Below the pieces are notes generated by a model. It made no database searches. It was not told the DNA's origin and worked only from the letters and a program-made list of their open reading frames with translations. From Candidatus Kaiserbacteria bacterium (lineage in GTDB: Bacteria; Patescibacteriota; Minisyncoccia; Phycocordibacterales; UBA918), in NCBI GenBank assembly GCA_016699245.1, contig CP064968.1:155386-219385 (forward strand): DNA of 64,000 bases, given 5' to 3'. Of the stretch, positions 46,246 to 55,406 are shown piece after piece; position 1 is the stretch's first letter; each line of letters opens with the position of its first letter. A program made the translations under genes and the position numbers.

Positions 46246-47928
46246 ATGATACAGGCGCAGACACTGGAAATACTGAAGACGGGGGCGAATGCTTTTCTTA
46301 CGGGGGAGCCGGGGTCGGGGAAGACGTATGTGCTCAATCGGTATATTGATTGGCTCACAGCATGCGACATACCGGTGGCTATTACAGCCTCCACGGGGAT
46401 TGCAGCGACACACATTGGCGGTACCACGATACACTCGTGGGCGGGTATTGGTGCGCGCGACACGCTCACGCAGTACGACCTCGACAACATCATGGGGAAT
46501 GAAAAGACCGTGCGCCGTGTGAAAAAAGCACGCGTGCTCATTATTGATGAAATCTCGATGCTCGATGGGCGTGTGCTCGATATGGTGGAGACGGTGTGTC
46601 GCACGGTGAAGCAATCGGGAGAATCTTTTGGGGGGATGCAGGTAGTACTTGTGGGAGACTTTTTTCAGTTGCCACCTATTGCAGGGAGAGGGGAGATGTC
46701 GCGCTTTGCCTTTGAGTCGCGCGCGTGGGAGAGTGCAAAATTCCTCACGTGCTACCTCACCGAGCAGCACCGCCAGGAGGATGAACTCCTCTTAGGGCTT
46801 CTCAATTCTATTCGCAAAAATGATGTGGACGAGAGTCACTACACGCTCCTCAGTGAGCAAACAGATGTAGGCTACACCGATATCGAACCGACGAAACTCT
46901 ATACGCACAACAGTGATGTCGACAGTATGAATACTTCGCGCCTTAAAGAACTCAATGCCGCGAGTGTCCATTTTAAGATGGATACAAAGGGGAATAAATA
47001 TGTCGTGGAGACGTTGGTAAAAAACTGCCTCTCACCTGAGACGCTCGAACTGAGGAAGGAGGCGATGGTGATGTGCACGAAAAACAACTTTGAAGTGGGG
47101 TATGTAAACGGAACGTTGGGGCGGGTGGTGGACTTTGATAGGGAAGACGGATTCCCCGTGATTGAAACGAGTGATGGGAGAAGTATTAAAATCGCTCCGC
47201 AATCATGGTCGGTCATAGAGGATGGGAAAGTGAAGGGAGAAATCACGCAGGTGCCGCTACGCCTCGCGTGGGCTATTACCGTGCATAAGAGCCAAGGGAT
47301 GTCACTTGATGCTGCAGAAATAGACCTCAGAAATGCCTTTACCTACGGCCAAGGATACGTCGCACTCTCCCGCGTACGCTCTCTTACCGGAATGAAAATA
47401 ATCGGCCTCAATTCACAAGCGCTCCTTGTGGACCCGCGTGTGGTACACAAGGATGAGCACTTCCGCGAGGAGTCGGATGATGCGGAGTTTGTGTTTGCCG
47501 AAATGGAAAGTGAAGAAGTGACCACGATGCAGAAAAACTTTGTAAATGCCTCGGGTGGTAAGTGGGCAGAAAAGGTGGAGGGAAGGGTAAAGCATGCGGG
47601 TGTGCCGGTACGCGAAAATACGTATGCGGTCACCAAAGAACTTGTGGAAAAATGTATGAGCGCACACGATATTGCAAAGACGCGTGGCATGGCACTTTCG
47701 ACCATCTGGTCGCATATTGAAAAACTTGCAGAGGATAAGGAGATAGGAAAGAAGCATATTGAAAATCTTATTCCTTCGGATGCTGTTTGGACTGCTGCGT
47801 ACCCCCATATATCCAAAGCATTTGAAAAGCATGGCACGGAGAAATTAAAGCCAGTCTTTGAAGAACTTGATGAGGCGTATGACTACGACCTCATTCGCCT
47901 CGGAAGACTTTTGTATACGATTAAATAA
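46246..47928 (+). CDS. Pif1/RecD-like SF1 DNA helicase with C-terminal helix-turn-helix domain
   Basis: Walker A GEPGSGKTY, DEISML, VLVGDFFQLPP, SF1 motifs V/VI (ITVHKSQGMSLD, SRVRSLTG). Confidence 0.75.
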   Translation: MIQAQTLEILKTGANAFLTGEPGSGKTYVLNRYIDWLTACDIPVAITASTGIAATHIGGTTIHSWAGIGARDTLTQYDLDNIMGNEKTVRRVKKARVLIIDEISMLDGRVLDMVETVCRTVKQSGESFGGMQVVLVGDFFQLPPIAGRGEMSRFAFESRAWESAKFLTCYLTEQHRQEDELLLGLLNSIRKNDVDESHYTLLSEQTDVGYTDIEPTKLYTHNSDVDSMNTSRLKELNAASVHFKMDTKGNKYVVETLVKNCLSPETLELRKEAMVMCTKNNFEVGYVNGTLGRVVDFDREDGFPVIETSDGRSIKIAPQSWSVIEDGKVKGEITQVPLRLAWAITVHKSQGMSLDAAEIDLRNAFTYGQGYVALSRVRSLTGMKIIGLNSQALLVDPRVVHKDEHFREESDDAEFVFAEMESEEVTTMQKNFVNASGGKWAEKVEGRVKHAGVPVRENTYAVTKELVEKCMSAHDIAKTRGMALSTIWSHIEKLAEDKEIGKKHIENLIPSDAVWTAAYPHISKAFEKHGTEKLKPVFEELDEAYDYDLIRLGRLLYTIK

Positions 47929-47929
47929 T

Positions 47930-48343
47930 ATGCGTGGTGTTGGTGTGTGGTTTGGGATACGAAGAGTGAAAAGGACCCGGCGCCGCAGGCGCCAGGGGAG
48001 TGCTGCGCACTACCTCTCGCACAAGGAGCGTGCTCGTGCATTCGCGCATGAGCGTCTCGAGTACTGGAGTACTCACTATGGATGCTCGTATGGCCGAGTC
48101 GCGATACGCGACCAAAGGACGCGCTGGGGGAGTTGCTCAAGCAAGCAAAATCTCAATTTTAATTACCGCATTGTCTTTCTTCCGCCACATCTTGCGGACT
48201 ACATTATCGTGCACGAGTTGTGCCACCTTCTCGAGCTTAATCACGGGCCACAATTTTGGGCGCATGTCGCGCGCGCATGCCCCGAGTATGTGTCTCATGT
48301 GAATGAACTGCGTGCATGCGATATGCATACACTTGGTACGTAG
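47930..48343 (+). CDS. DUF45/YgjP-like zinc metallohydrolase (HExxH)
   Basis: WGSCSS...IIVHELCHLLELNHGPQFW. Confidence 0.6.
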   Translation: MRGVGVWFGIRRVKRTRRRRRQGSAAHYLSHKERARAFAHERLEYWSTHYGCSYGRVAIRDQRTRWGSCSSKQNLNFNYRIVFLPPHLADYIIVHELCHLLELNHGPQFWAHVARACPEYVSHVNELRACDMHTLGT

Positions 48344-48387
48344 GATGACTTTGTATCAGAGTGATTAGGGATGGTATACTGGGGATT

Positions 48388-49623
48388 ATGAAAATATTTG
48401 GATCATTTTTTGGACTTGCACTTTTTGCACTCAGCGCATTTTTTAGCCCTGTTTTTGCTGCGGGTGACGACGTCACCATCTTCTTTTTTGGTCGCGACGA
48501 CTGTGCCCATTGTGCGGAAGAAAAGGCATTTTTGGCTGAGTACTTGCCTACGGTAGAAGGAGTGACGTATGAATACTTTAATGTCACGGAGGATGATGCG
48601 GCTAAAGACTTGTATGAAAAGGTGCTTGCGAAGCACGAGCTTTCTCATGTGACACCGGTCACGGTGATTGGTGATGTGGTATTTCAGGGGTATGACACGG
48701 ATGAAATCACGGGTACCTTTATCAAGGATGCGGTAGAGCGCGCGCGAGCGGGCGATATTCGCACGATTGAGGACCATCTTGCGCGCGCGCCAAAGCAAGC
48801 AGATAGTTTCAAAGGTGCGGGCTGTGATGAAAATGGTACTGAGTGTGGCACGCTCACCAACCCCAATATGTACATGTTTAATCTGCCCATCATTGGTGTG
48901 GTAGATTTTAAATCCTTTTCACTCATCTCACTTGCAGCTGTACTCGGTACTATCGACGGTTTCAATCCCTGTGCGATGTGGGTGCTTATAACCTTCCTCG
49001 TTCTTCTTACGCAGGTGGGGGACAAAAAGAAGATGATGTTGGTCGCAGGACTTTTCATTGTCGCGGAGGCCGTTATGTACAATCTCATCCTCAATGTGTG
49101 GTTTACTACATGGGACTTTGTAGGGCTTGATAGTATTGTGACGCCACTTGTCGGAATACTTGCTCTCTTTGGCGGTGCGTTCTTCCTCTATCGTTGGAAG
49201 AAAAATCGTTTCAAGCCACTCATCTGTGATGTTTCTGATCTTGAGACACAGGGGAAGACGATTGCCCGTATTCAAAAGATTATCGAGCAACCGACTACCA
49301 TTGTTACGGTACTAGCCGTAATCGCGATTGCGTTTTCGGTCAATATTATTGAGTTTGCGTGCTCCATTGGTATTCCACAGGCATTCACCAAGATTCTCGA
49401 GCTCAACGATCTTTCCTTCGCGTCACAACAGTTCTATATTCTTATCTACACACTCGGCTACATGGTGGACGACCTCATTGTCTTTGGTCTCGCTATTTGG
49501 GGCTTCTCGCGCCTTGAATCACATGGGCATAAGTATGCACAACTCTCGCTTCTCATTGGTGGATTCCTCATGCTTATCTTGGGTGCGATACTTATTATCA
49601 ATCCAAATATCTTTGTCCTATAG
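48388..49623 (+). CDS. Thioredoxin/glutaredoxin-like CxxC domain fused to a DsbD/CcdA-type multi-TM thiol-disulfide transporter
   Basis: CAHC motif near N-terminus; FNPCAMWVL TM Cys motif; 6-8 TM helices. Confidence 0.55.
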   Translation: MKIFGSFFGLALFALSAFFSPVFAAGDDVTIFFFGRDDCAHCAEEKAFLAEYLPTVEGVTYEYFNVTEDDAAKDLYEKVLAKHELSHVTPVTVIGDVVFQGYDTDEITGTFIKDAVERARAGDIRTIEDHLARAPKQADSFKGAGCDENGTECGTLTNPNMYMFNLPIIGVVDFKSFSLISLAAVLGTIDGFNPCAMWVLITFLVLLTQVGDKKKMMLVAGLFIVAEAVMYNLILNVWFTTWDFVGLDSIVTPLVGILALFGGAFFLYRWKKNRFKPLICDVSDLETQGKTIARIQKIIEQPTTIVTVLAVIAIAFSVNIIEFACSIGIPQAFTKILELNDLSFASQQFYILIYTLGYMVDDLIVFGLAIWGFSRLESHGHKYAQLSLLIGGFLMLILGAILIINPNIFVL

Positions 49624-49752
49624 GACGGGCTTATAGTTTAGTACTGTGACAGAGTACAGTAAGAACCCCTCCAACTTTCGAAGGAAAGTTGGAGGGGTTC
49701 TTTTCGTGTTGTGAAAGTAGTGACTCCATGAACTTTCTGATACTATGCCTCT

Positions 49753-50415
49753 ATGAATCTTCCCGCAGATATTATTCTCATCGATAAGCCGCTCGGCATT
49801 ACGTCCTTTGATGTTATTCGTCGGCTACGGAGGGAACTTGGCATCCGCAAAATGGGGCATGCAGGAACCCTCGACCCGCTTGCCACAGGGCTCATGATAA
49901 TTGGGATAGAAAGTGGTACGAAGAAACTGAGTGAGTATTTAAAACTTGATAAAGAATATATAACAGAGGTGCGCATTGGTGAGCGGAGGAGCACAGGCGA
50001 CTTAGAGGGGGTAATTATTGAATCATGTGATGTGCCTGTACTTCAAGAGTCTGTGGTACGGGAAGTGCTTCACACAATGCAAGGAGAAATCTCGCTCCCC
50101 GTCTCAGCGTACTCAGCAATTAAAAAAGATGGTGTTCCGATGTATAAGCGTGCGCGCAAGGCTGAAAAGGCCGGTGAGACTATAGAGGACGTACCTGCGC
50201 GTACAATGCGTGTCGATGAAGTAGAATTGCTTTCGCTTACGTGTAGTGAAGGGAAGTGTGTGGCGACTATTCGCTTTGCGGTGGGAAGCGGTACCTACAT
50301 TCGCTCGCTCGGAGAAGAGTTAGGAAAGCGTCTTGGCTATCCTGCAACACTCCAAAGTCTTCGACGAACACGGATTGGAACATATAGCGTTTCAGATGCA
50401 CGGAAACTTAGTTAA
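49753..50415 (+). CDS. truB: tRNA pseudouridine(55) synthase TruB
   Basis: ILIDKPLGITSFDVIRRLRR, HAGTLDPLATG catalytic Asp motif. Confidence 0.85.
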   Translation: MNLPADIILIDKPLGITSFDVIRRLRRELGIRKMGHAGTLDPLATGLMIIGIESGTKKLSEYLKLDKEYITEVRIGERRSTGDLEGVIIESCDVPVLQESVVREVLHTMQGEISLPVSAYSAIKKDGVPMYKRARKAEKAGETIEDVPARTMRVDEVELLSLTCSEGKCVATIRFAVGSGTYIRSLGEELGKRLGYPATLQSLRRTRIGTYSVSDARKLS

Positions 50416-50426
50416 ACTGAGATATG

Positions 50427-50460
50427 AAAAGGGCGCTCAAATTTCGAGCGCCCTGTTTTG
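50427..50460 (+). terminator. Intrinsic terminator after truB
   Basis: aaaagggcgctc-aaattt-cgagcgccctgtttt. Confidence 0.65.
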
Positions 50461-50475
50461 TCACTGAAGAACTTT

Positions 50476-50907
50476 TTATTCGAGAATCTTTTGCTGAATT
50501 TCACGGAGGTTTGAAAGATCGAGCGGAAATGATCGCTCTGCAACACGTTTTCCGAGATGTTGCAAAAGTAACATTCGGTTCAGTGTGTCCTGCTCGGCGA
50601 ATGGATTCACTGGTATGGTTATGATGATGGAATGTGAGTCCCCGTCATACCAGGCCATGAGTACATTAGCGAGTGCGGAAACTTCGCTACTATTTCTGAT
50701 GGTTTCTAATTCCACTTCGATTTTCTCTTCAGCATTTATGCTCGGCAGAAGAATTGTCGGAATGGTGAGACTTACATTTGCTTCACCCGCTTTCACAACA
50801 GCCAGTATTACTCTGGGCATATCTTGGACTGACATTTGGTTTCCCCTTATAAAAATGAACTTACGATAGTGCAATAATATAGTACATACAAATTTGAGGT
50901 ATGTCAA
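50476..50907 (-). CDS. Hypothetical protein
   Basis: ORF only. Confidence 0.3.
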   Translation of the reverse strand: MTYLKFVCTILLHYRKFIFIRGNQMSVQDMPRVILAVVKAGEANVSLTIPTILLPSINAEEKIEVELETIRNSSEVSALANVLMAWYDGDSHSIIITIPVNPFAEQDTLNRMLLLQHLGKRVAERSFPLDLSNLREIQQKILE

Positions 50908-50916
50908 TATACTGAT

Positions 50917-50943
50917 GGCCCGAAACGCGAAGCGTTTCGGGCC
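50917..50943. terminator. Perfect palindromic hairpin
   Basis: ggcccgaaacgc-gaa-gcgtttcgggcc. Confidence 0.5.
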
Positions 50944-50957
50944 ATTCTTCGGGTCAT

Positions 50958-51275
50958 TTATGAACGGTCACGTTTCGGCATACTATACACCATCGCTGTT
51001 TCGTGACGCCATGCATCCGCCCATTCTCTGCGGGAGAGGATGACCCTTGGAGTCGTGGCAGGTTTCACTTCAGGGACATGCACCTTCTTGGTGTTGATTT
51101 CCTTTTTTGCAAGGCGAGTAAGTTCACCGCGAAGGTATTCTCTTCGTCCATTCTCGGACACATGCTTTAAAACTTCCCTTACCGAACGAGGAATGGCAGC
51201 AATATCACCATTTGCGAGTTCGATTACTCTTTTTAGCTTTTGCTGACCGTCTTGGTCAAGGTTCCGTACACTCAT
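50958..51275 (-). CDS. Hypothetical protein
   Basis: ORF only. Start set to an internal Met; the track ORF extends to 51338. Confidence 0.3.
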   Translation of the reverse strand: MSVRNLDQDGQQKLKRVIELANGDIAAIPRSVREVLKHVSENGRREYLRGELTRLAKKEINTKKVHVPEVKPATTPRVILSRREWADAWRHETAMVYSMPKRDRS

Positions 51276-51426
51276 TTGTGACCTCCAAAGAACGTTTATA
51301 TCAAAGAAGATTATACAACACATATTTAATACATGCAAGCATTAAAAACCCTGAAATTTAATGGTATTTCAGGGTCTCTATTCTTTGTATGTGGTGAATA
51401 GTATAGGTTAGCAACGATTCAATCTG

Positions 51427-51882
51427 TTATGAAAGCAATTCCTCCACCACTGCTTTTACATCTCCTCCATCAGCCTTGCCTTGAAGTTCTTTCATAAGTG
51501 AGCCAATAAGCATACCCATTTTTGATTTGTCTGGAGCACCCAACTCAGCAATCTTTGTCGCTACAATAGGTCTAATTTCCTCACGGGACATCATTTGGGG
51601 AAGATATGACTCCAGTACCACAAGTTCTTCACGTTCTACCACAGCGAGGTCCTCGCGTCCTCCTGCCTCAAATTGCGTAATAGATTCTTTACGCTGCTTT
51701 GCAAGGCGCTTAATAACTGAAAGTACGCCAGCATCGTCGAGCGGAGTCTGCGGTGTGCGGCCCGTGGACACCAGCTCATTGGTAAAGGCAGTGAGCATAC
51801 TGCGCACCGTGCGGAGTTTCACCGCGTCATGTGCCTTCATTGCTTCCTTCAATTCTTCTCTAATTTGTGTGTGTAAATCCAT
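51427..51882 (-). CDS. GatB/YqeY-domain protein
   Basis: Two-helical-bundle pattern (LKEAMKAHD...ESYLPQMMSREEI...) typical of YqeY. Confidence 0.7.
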   Translation of the reverse strand: MDLHTQIREELKEAMKAHDAVKLRTVRSMLTAFTNELVSTGRTPQTPLDDAGVLSVIKRLAKQRKESITQFEAGGREDLAVVEREELVVLESYLPQMMSREEIRPIVATKIAELGAPDKSKMGMLIGSLMKELQGKADGGDVKAVVEELLS

Positions 51883-52012
51883 AATCCATTTAACTTAATG
51901 CTTCTATCCTACCACAAATCACACCATACAAAGGGCCACCCTTCGCAATTGTGCGAAGGGTGGCCCTTTGTATAATCTTTGTATGGTTTTGGGGCGTGGT
52001 AGAATAGCGATT

Positions 52013-53107
52013 ATGGAAACGTTTCAATTGCTTATTGTGGTTTTGCTCATCGCGGTTATTGGTATTTTGGTGTATGTATTTTTTATAAAAAAGGAAGAGG
52101 AAAAGGAGGATACGTCCTCTGATGGACTCCTCATGCTCCAGCAGCAACTAGCAGAACTCACACGCACCATGAATGAGCGCATGGGTGAAAGTAATAAAGT
52201 AATGCAAGAAGGAGCACGGGCACAATTTCGTGAGAGTCGTGAACTCATTCAAGAAATCAACAGGGAAGTGAATGAGCAATTGCGTAATGTGGTGAAAGGG
52301 GTGACCGAAGTTTCGGAATCCTCAAAGCAAGTCTTTACCATCGCTGATCAACTCCAAAACCTCGAAAAGATTCTCACACACCAAAAACAACGGGGAAACC
52401 TCGGTGAAGCGTCACTCCAACTTGCGCTCGAAAATATACTCCCCGCTAGCGTATACGAACTCCAGTATTGTTTTCCAGGAGGGGAGGCAGTGGATGCTGT
52501 TGTTAAAACTAAAGACGGTTTGATTCCCGTGGATGCAAAGTTTTCACTCGACAACTATCGCCGGCTCGTTGATGAAACGAATGCTGAGAAAAAGGAGGAA
52601 CTTGAGAAAGAATTTAAAAACGATTTGAAGAAGCGCATTGATGAAACGGCGAAGTATATTCGTCCCAAGGACGGGACACTCCCGTTTGCTTTTATGTATA
52701 TTCCTGCAGAGGCAATCTACTATGACCTTCTCGTAAATGAGGTGGGCTCAATAAAGGTAAATACGCGCTCGCTCATTGACTACGCATACAAGGATAAGAA
52801 TGTAATCATCGTGTCACCAACGACGTTTGCTGCATACTTGCAGTCAGTCCTTTATGGTTTCCGTGCGTTTAAGATTGAAGAGTCTGCAAAACAGATAGGG
52901 AAGCATGTCGAGGGGCTTTCACGACACCTGAAGGCGTATGACGACTATTTCAAAAAAGTAGGTACATCACTCGGTACCACCGTGAGTCACTACAATGCTG
53001 CACAAAAAGAGTTTGGAAAAGTCGATAAAGATGTTGCCAAGATTACGGACGGTAGTATCGATTTTGAGTCTATCGCACTCGAAAAACCACAGCAATTGGT
53101 AGAGTAA
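52013..53107 (+). CDS. rmuC: DNA recombination protein RmuC
   Basis: N-terminal TM, long coiled coil, nuclease-like core (GEAVDAVVKTKDGLIPVDAKFSLDNY). Confidence 0.8.
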   Translation: METFQLLIVVLLIAVIGILVYVFFIKKEEEKEDTSSDGLLMLQQQLAELTRTMNERMGESNKVMQEGARAQFRESRELIQEINREVNEQLRNVVKGVTEVSESSKQVFTIADQLQNLEKILTHQKQRGNLGEASLQLALENILPASVYELQYCFPGGEAVDAVVKTKDGLIPVDAKFSLDNYRRLVDETNAEKKEELEKEFKNDLKKRIDETAKYIRPKDGTLPFAFMYIPAEAIYYDLLVNEVGSIKVNTRSLIDYAYKDKNVIIVSPTTFAAYLQSVLYGFRAFKIEESAKQIGKHVEGLSRHLKAYDDYFKKVGTSLGTTVSHYNAAQKEFGKVDKDVAKITDGSIDFESIALEKPQQLVE

Positions 53108-53181
53108 GAGATGTGAAGATACCATGAAATAAAAATAGGCACGGAACAAAGTCCGTGCCATTTTTGAAGATATCTGATGCA

Positions 53182-53547
53182 TCACATAAGCAATCTATTC
53201 TTTTTTGTGACAGATGTTTCTTTTGGCTTTATCATGAAGACGCTGAGTTTTGAATCGTCTGGCCCCGCGAGAACGAAGATGTACTCATCCTTGCATAAAA
53301 ACATGATGACAATTTCTGCCGATTTTGATTCATGTAACTCATTCTTCTCATTCAACTTGTTTATCAGAAGACTTTTACTTTCGACAAGAACAGTACTGAG
53401 CGACGCATGGTCTTTGCAGTACTCTTGTCCTGTCGTTACGAACCGGTTTTTGTCACCTTTGACGGTGGATGCTTGGGAGGGGTCGGTGTAATACACGTAG
53501 CCCATAACGAAAAGTATGGCAAATGCAACACTGATGATCAGTTTCAT
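53182..53547 (-). CDS. Hypothetical secreted protein with signal peptide
   Basis: MKLIISVAFAILFVMG signal-like N-terminus. Confidence 0.35.
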   Translation of the reverse strand: MKLIISVAFAILFVMGYVYYTDPSQASTVKGDKNRFVTTGQEYCKDHASLSTVLVESKSLLINKLNEKNELHESKSAEIVIMFLCKDEYIFVLAGPDDSKLSVFMIKPKETSVTKKNRLLM

Positions 53548-53703
53548 TTGAACCTCCGGATATGTGAAAGAACAAGTGGAATTATGACACACATTCTAAT
53601 AATTGCAAAGTTATAAAGAATTCTGTGTTCTATGCATTAAGAGCTGTATGTACGGCTGGGGAGTTGCATATTTTTGTGTTTTCTTGTAGAATCACCCCCA
53701 CAT

Positions 53704-54051
53704 ATGGCAAAGAAGGAAACAACAAAAGAAATACAGAGCGAATTCGCGGTTATTGAGACAGGCGGGAAGCAGTACCTCGTATCAGTCGGGGATGTGCTCC
53801 TTGTTGAACTTCTTGGCGAGCACAAAGAAGGAGATGCAATTGAATTTGATAAAGTACTTATGGTAGACAATGGTTCAGATACGACTATTGGTGAACCATA
53901 CATTAAGGGCGCAGCCGTAAAGGCAACTTTCCAAGGCGAAAAGAAAGGTGACAAGATTCACATCGTTCGCTACAAGGCAAAGAGCAACCGCGACCGCCGA
54001 ATTGGCCACCGCCAAAAGTACGCACAGGTAAAGATTGAAGCCCTCAAATAA
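53704..54051 (+). CDS. rplU: 50S ribosomal protein L21
   Basis: FAVIETGGKQYLVSVGD, HIVRYKAKSNRDRRIGHRQKY. Confidence 0.85.
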   Translation: MAKKETTKEIQSEFAVIETGGKQYLVSVGDVLLVELLGEHKEGDAIEFDKVLMVDNGSDTTIGEPYIKGAAVKATFQGEKKGDKIHIVRYKAKSNRDRRIGHRQKYAQVKIEALK

Positions 54052-54060
54052 ATTTGAAAT

Positions 54061-54094
54061 AAAAGCCCCGCGCCACAAGCGCGGGGCTTTTTTG
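54061..54094 (+). terminator. Intrinsic terminator after rplU
   Basis: aaaagccccgcgc-cacaa-gcgcggggcttttttg. Confidence 0.7.
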
Positions 54095-54123
54095 AATTAT
54101 TCCAGCCATAAATACACATTAAA

Positions 54124-54329
54124 TGGGGTTCTTTACTAGTATGTCGCACTCTGCGACATAAAATATGCATCGGCGGTGGCCGATTCTTCTGCTAGCAAAG
54201 AACCCTGGTCCCACCTTTGGTGGGGTTCTTTACTAGTATGTCGCACTCTGCGACATAAAATATGCATCGGCGGTGGCCGATTCTTCTGCTAGCAAAGAAC
54301 CCTGGTCCCACCTTTGGTGGGGTTCTTTA
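54124..54329. repeat. Perfect 97-bp tandem repeat (2.1 copies) encoding a three-hairpin structured element
   Basis: Units start at 54124, 54221 and 54318. Hairpins: tatgtcgca-ctc-tgcgacata; atcggc-ggtg-gccgat; long stem ctagcaaagaaccc/gggttctttactag. Confidence 0.7.
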
Positions 54330-54362
54330 CAAATATTATATACCATGTCATAATAATGTTGC

Positions 54363-54704
54363 TTGATCTTTACAACTGTAGTACCCACTCAACTGAAAGG
54401 AAATAGTATGGAACTTGGAATGTTTTCGGTATCAGGTCACGTCGTGCTCTACGCCTGTTGTTTCATCATGGCAATGGCCATCCTCTATGCATGTGAGACA
54501 TTGCCTCACTGCGTTTCTCCGCGATTATTGAGTCCACACTCGAAGGGTAACTCGTTTGTGGTAGGAACAGCGATGTTTCTCATGTACTTTGGCTTTTTTG
54601 GAATCGTCACTTTGATGATTCCAGCAGTGTCTCATGATCTCTCAATGGCGTTCGCCATCGCTGGGGGCTTTCTCAGTTTTTGTACCTCTGAGAAGTATAA
54701 GTAA
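54363..54704 (+). CDS. Hypothetical small membrane protein
   Basis: Three predicted TM helices. Confidence 0.3.
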   Translation: MIFTTVVPTQLKGNSMELGMFSVSGHVVLYACCFIMAMAILYACETLPHCVSPRLLSPHSKGNSFVVGTAMFLMYFGFFGIVTLMIPAVSHDLSMAFAIAGGFLSFCTSEKYK

Positions 54705-54718
54705 CCACTGCAGTTCTT

Positions 54719-54756
54719 AGAACCCCGTCGGCTTTTGCCACGGGGTTTGTTTTATT
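54719..54756. terminator. Bidirectional intrinsic terminator between convergent genes
   Basis: gaaccccgtcggc-tttt-gccacggggtttgtttt. Confidence 0.65.
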
Positions 54757-54788
54757 TATGGTTTCTAGTTTTAAGTTTTAGAAAAGTC

Positions 54789-55403
54789 CTAACTTCTATT
54801 TTTGAGTGCGTTTTTAATAGTTTCGGGGTCTGCATACTCAAGTTCTGAACCCGTTGAGAGTCCACGGCCGAGATGGGTGACTCTGATATTGTGCTCGTCG
54901 ATAAGTGAACGTAACAGTGTTTCTACATATCTTCCGGTGTTTTCGCCATCGGGGTTTATAGCAAAAGCAAGAATTATTTCTTTGAGACCGAGTGGTGCGC
55001 GCGTTTCTACAATGTGCTTCAACATACCGCCTCGCAATTTCTTAACATCCTGTGTATCGAGAAGGGGAACAGTACCACCGAGTACTAAATAAAGTCCATC
55101 ATACATGCCACTGCGCTCTATCGCGTCGATATCGGTATCGCGCTCAACGACCGTAAGTTTACTCTTGTCACGGTGCGCACTATGACAAATACTACACGTC
55201 TGATCGGTACTTTGAAGTGTATGAAAGCGCGCACATGAAGGGCAGGAGATGACGTGGGTGCGAATAGTGCGGATGAGTTCAGAAAGTTCTGCAACATCAG
55301 CAGGAGGAAGCGTGAGTAAATGAAATGCAAAACGTTTTGCTTGGCGCGAGCCAATGCCAGGAAAATGCTCAAAATGTTTGATGAGTTTGTCGAATGTAGT
55401 CAT
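54789..55403 (-). CDS. recR: Recombination protein RecR
   Basis: HhH N-terminus (LIKHFEHFPGIGSRQAKRFAFHLL), C4 zinc finger (CPSC...CSIC), Toprim. Confidence 0.9.
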   Translation of the reverse strand: MTTFDKLIKHFEHFPGIGSRQAKRFAFHLLTLPPADVAELSELIRTIRTHVISCPSCARFHTLQSTDQTCSICHSAHRDKSKLTVVERDTDIDAIERSGMYDGLYLVLGGTVPLLDTQDVKKLRGGMLKHIVETRAPLGLKEIILAFAINPDGENTGRYVETLLRSLIDEHNIRVTHLGRGLSTGSELEYADPETIKNALKNRS

Positions 55404-55406
55404 GAA

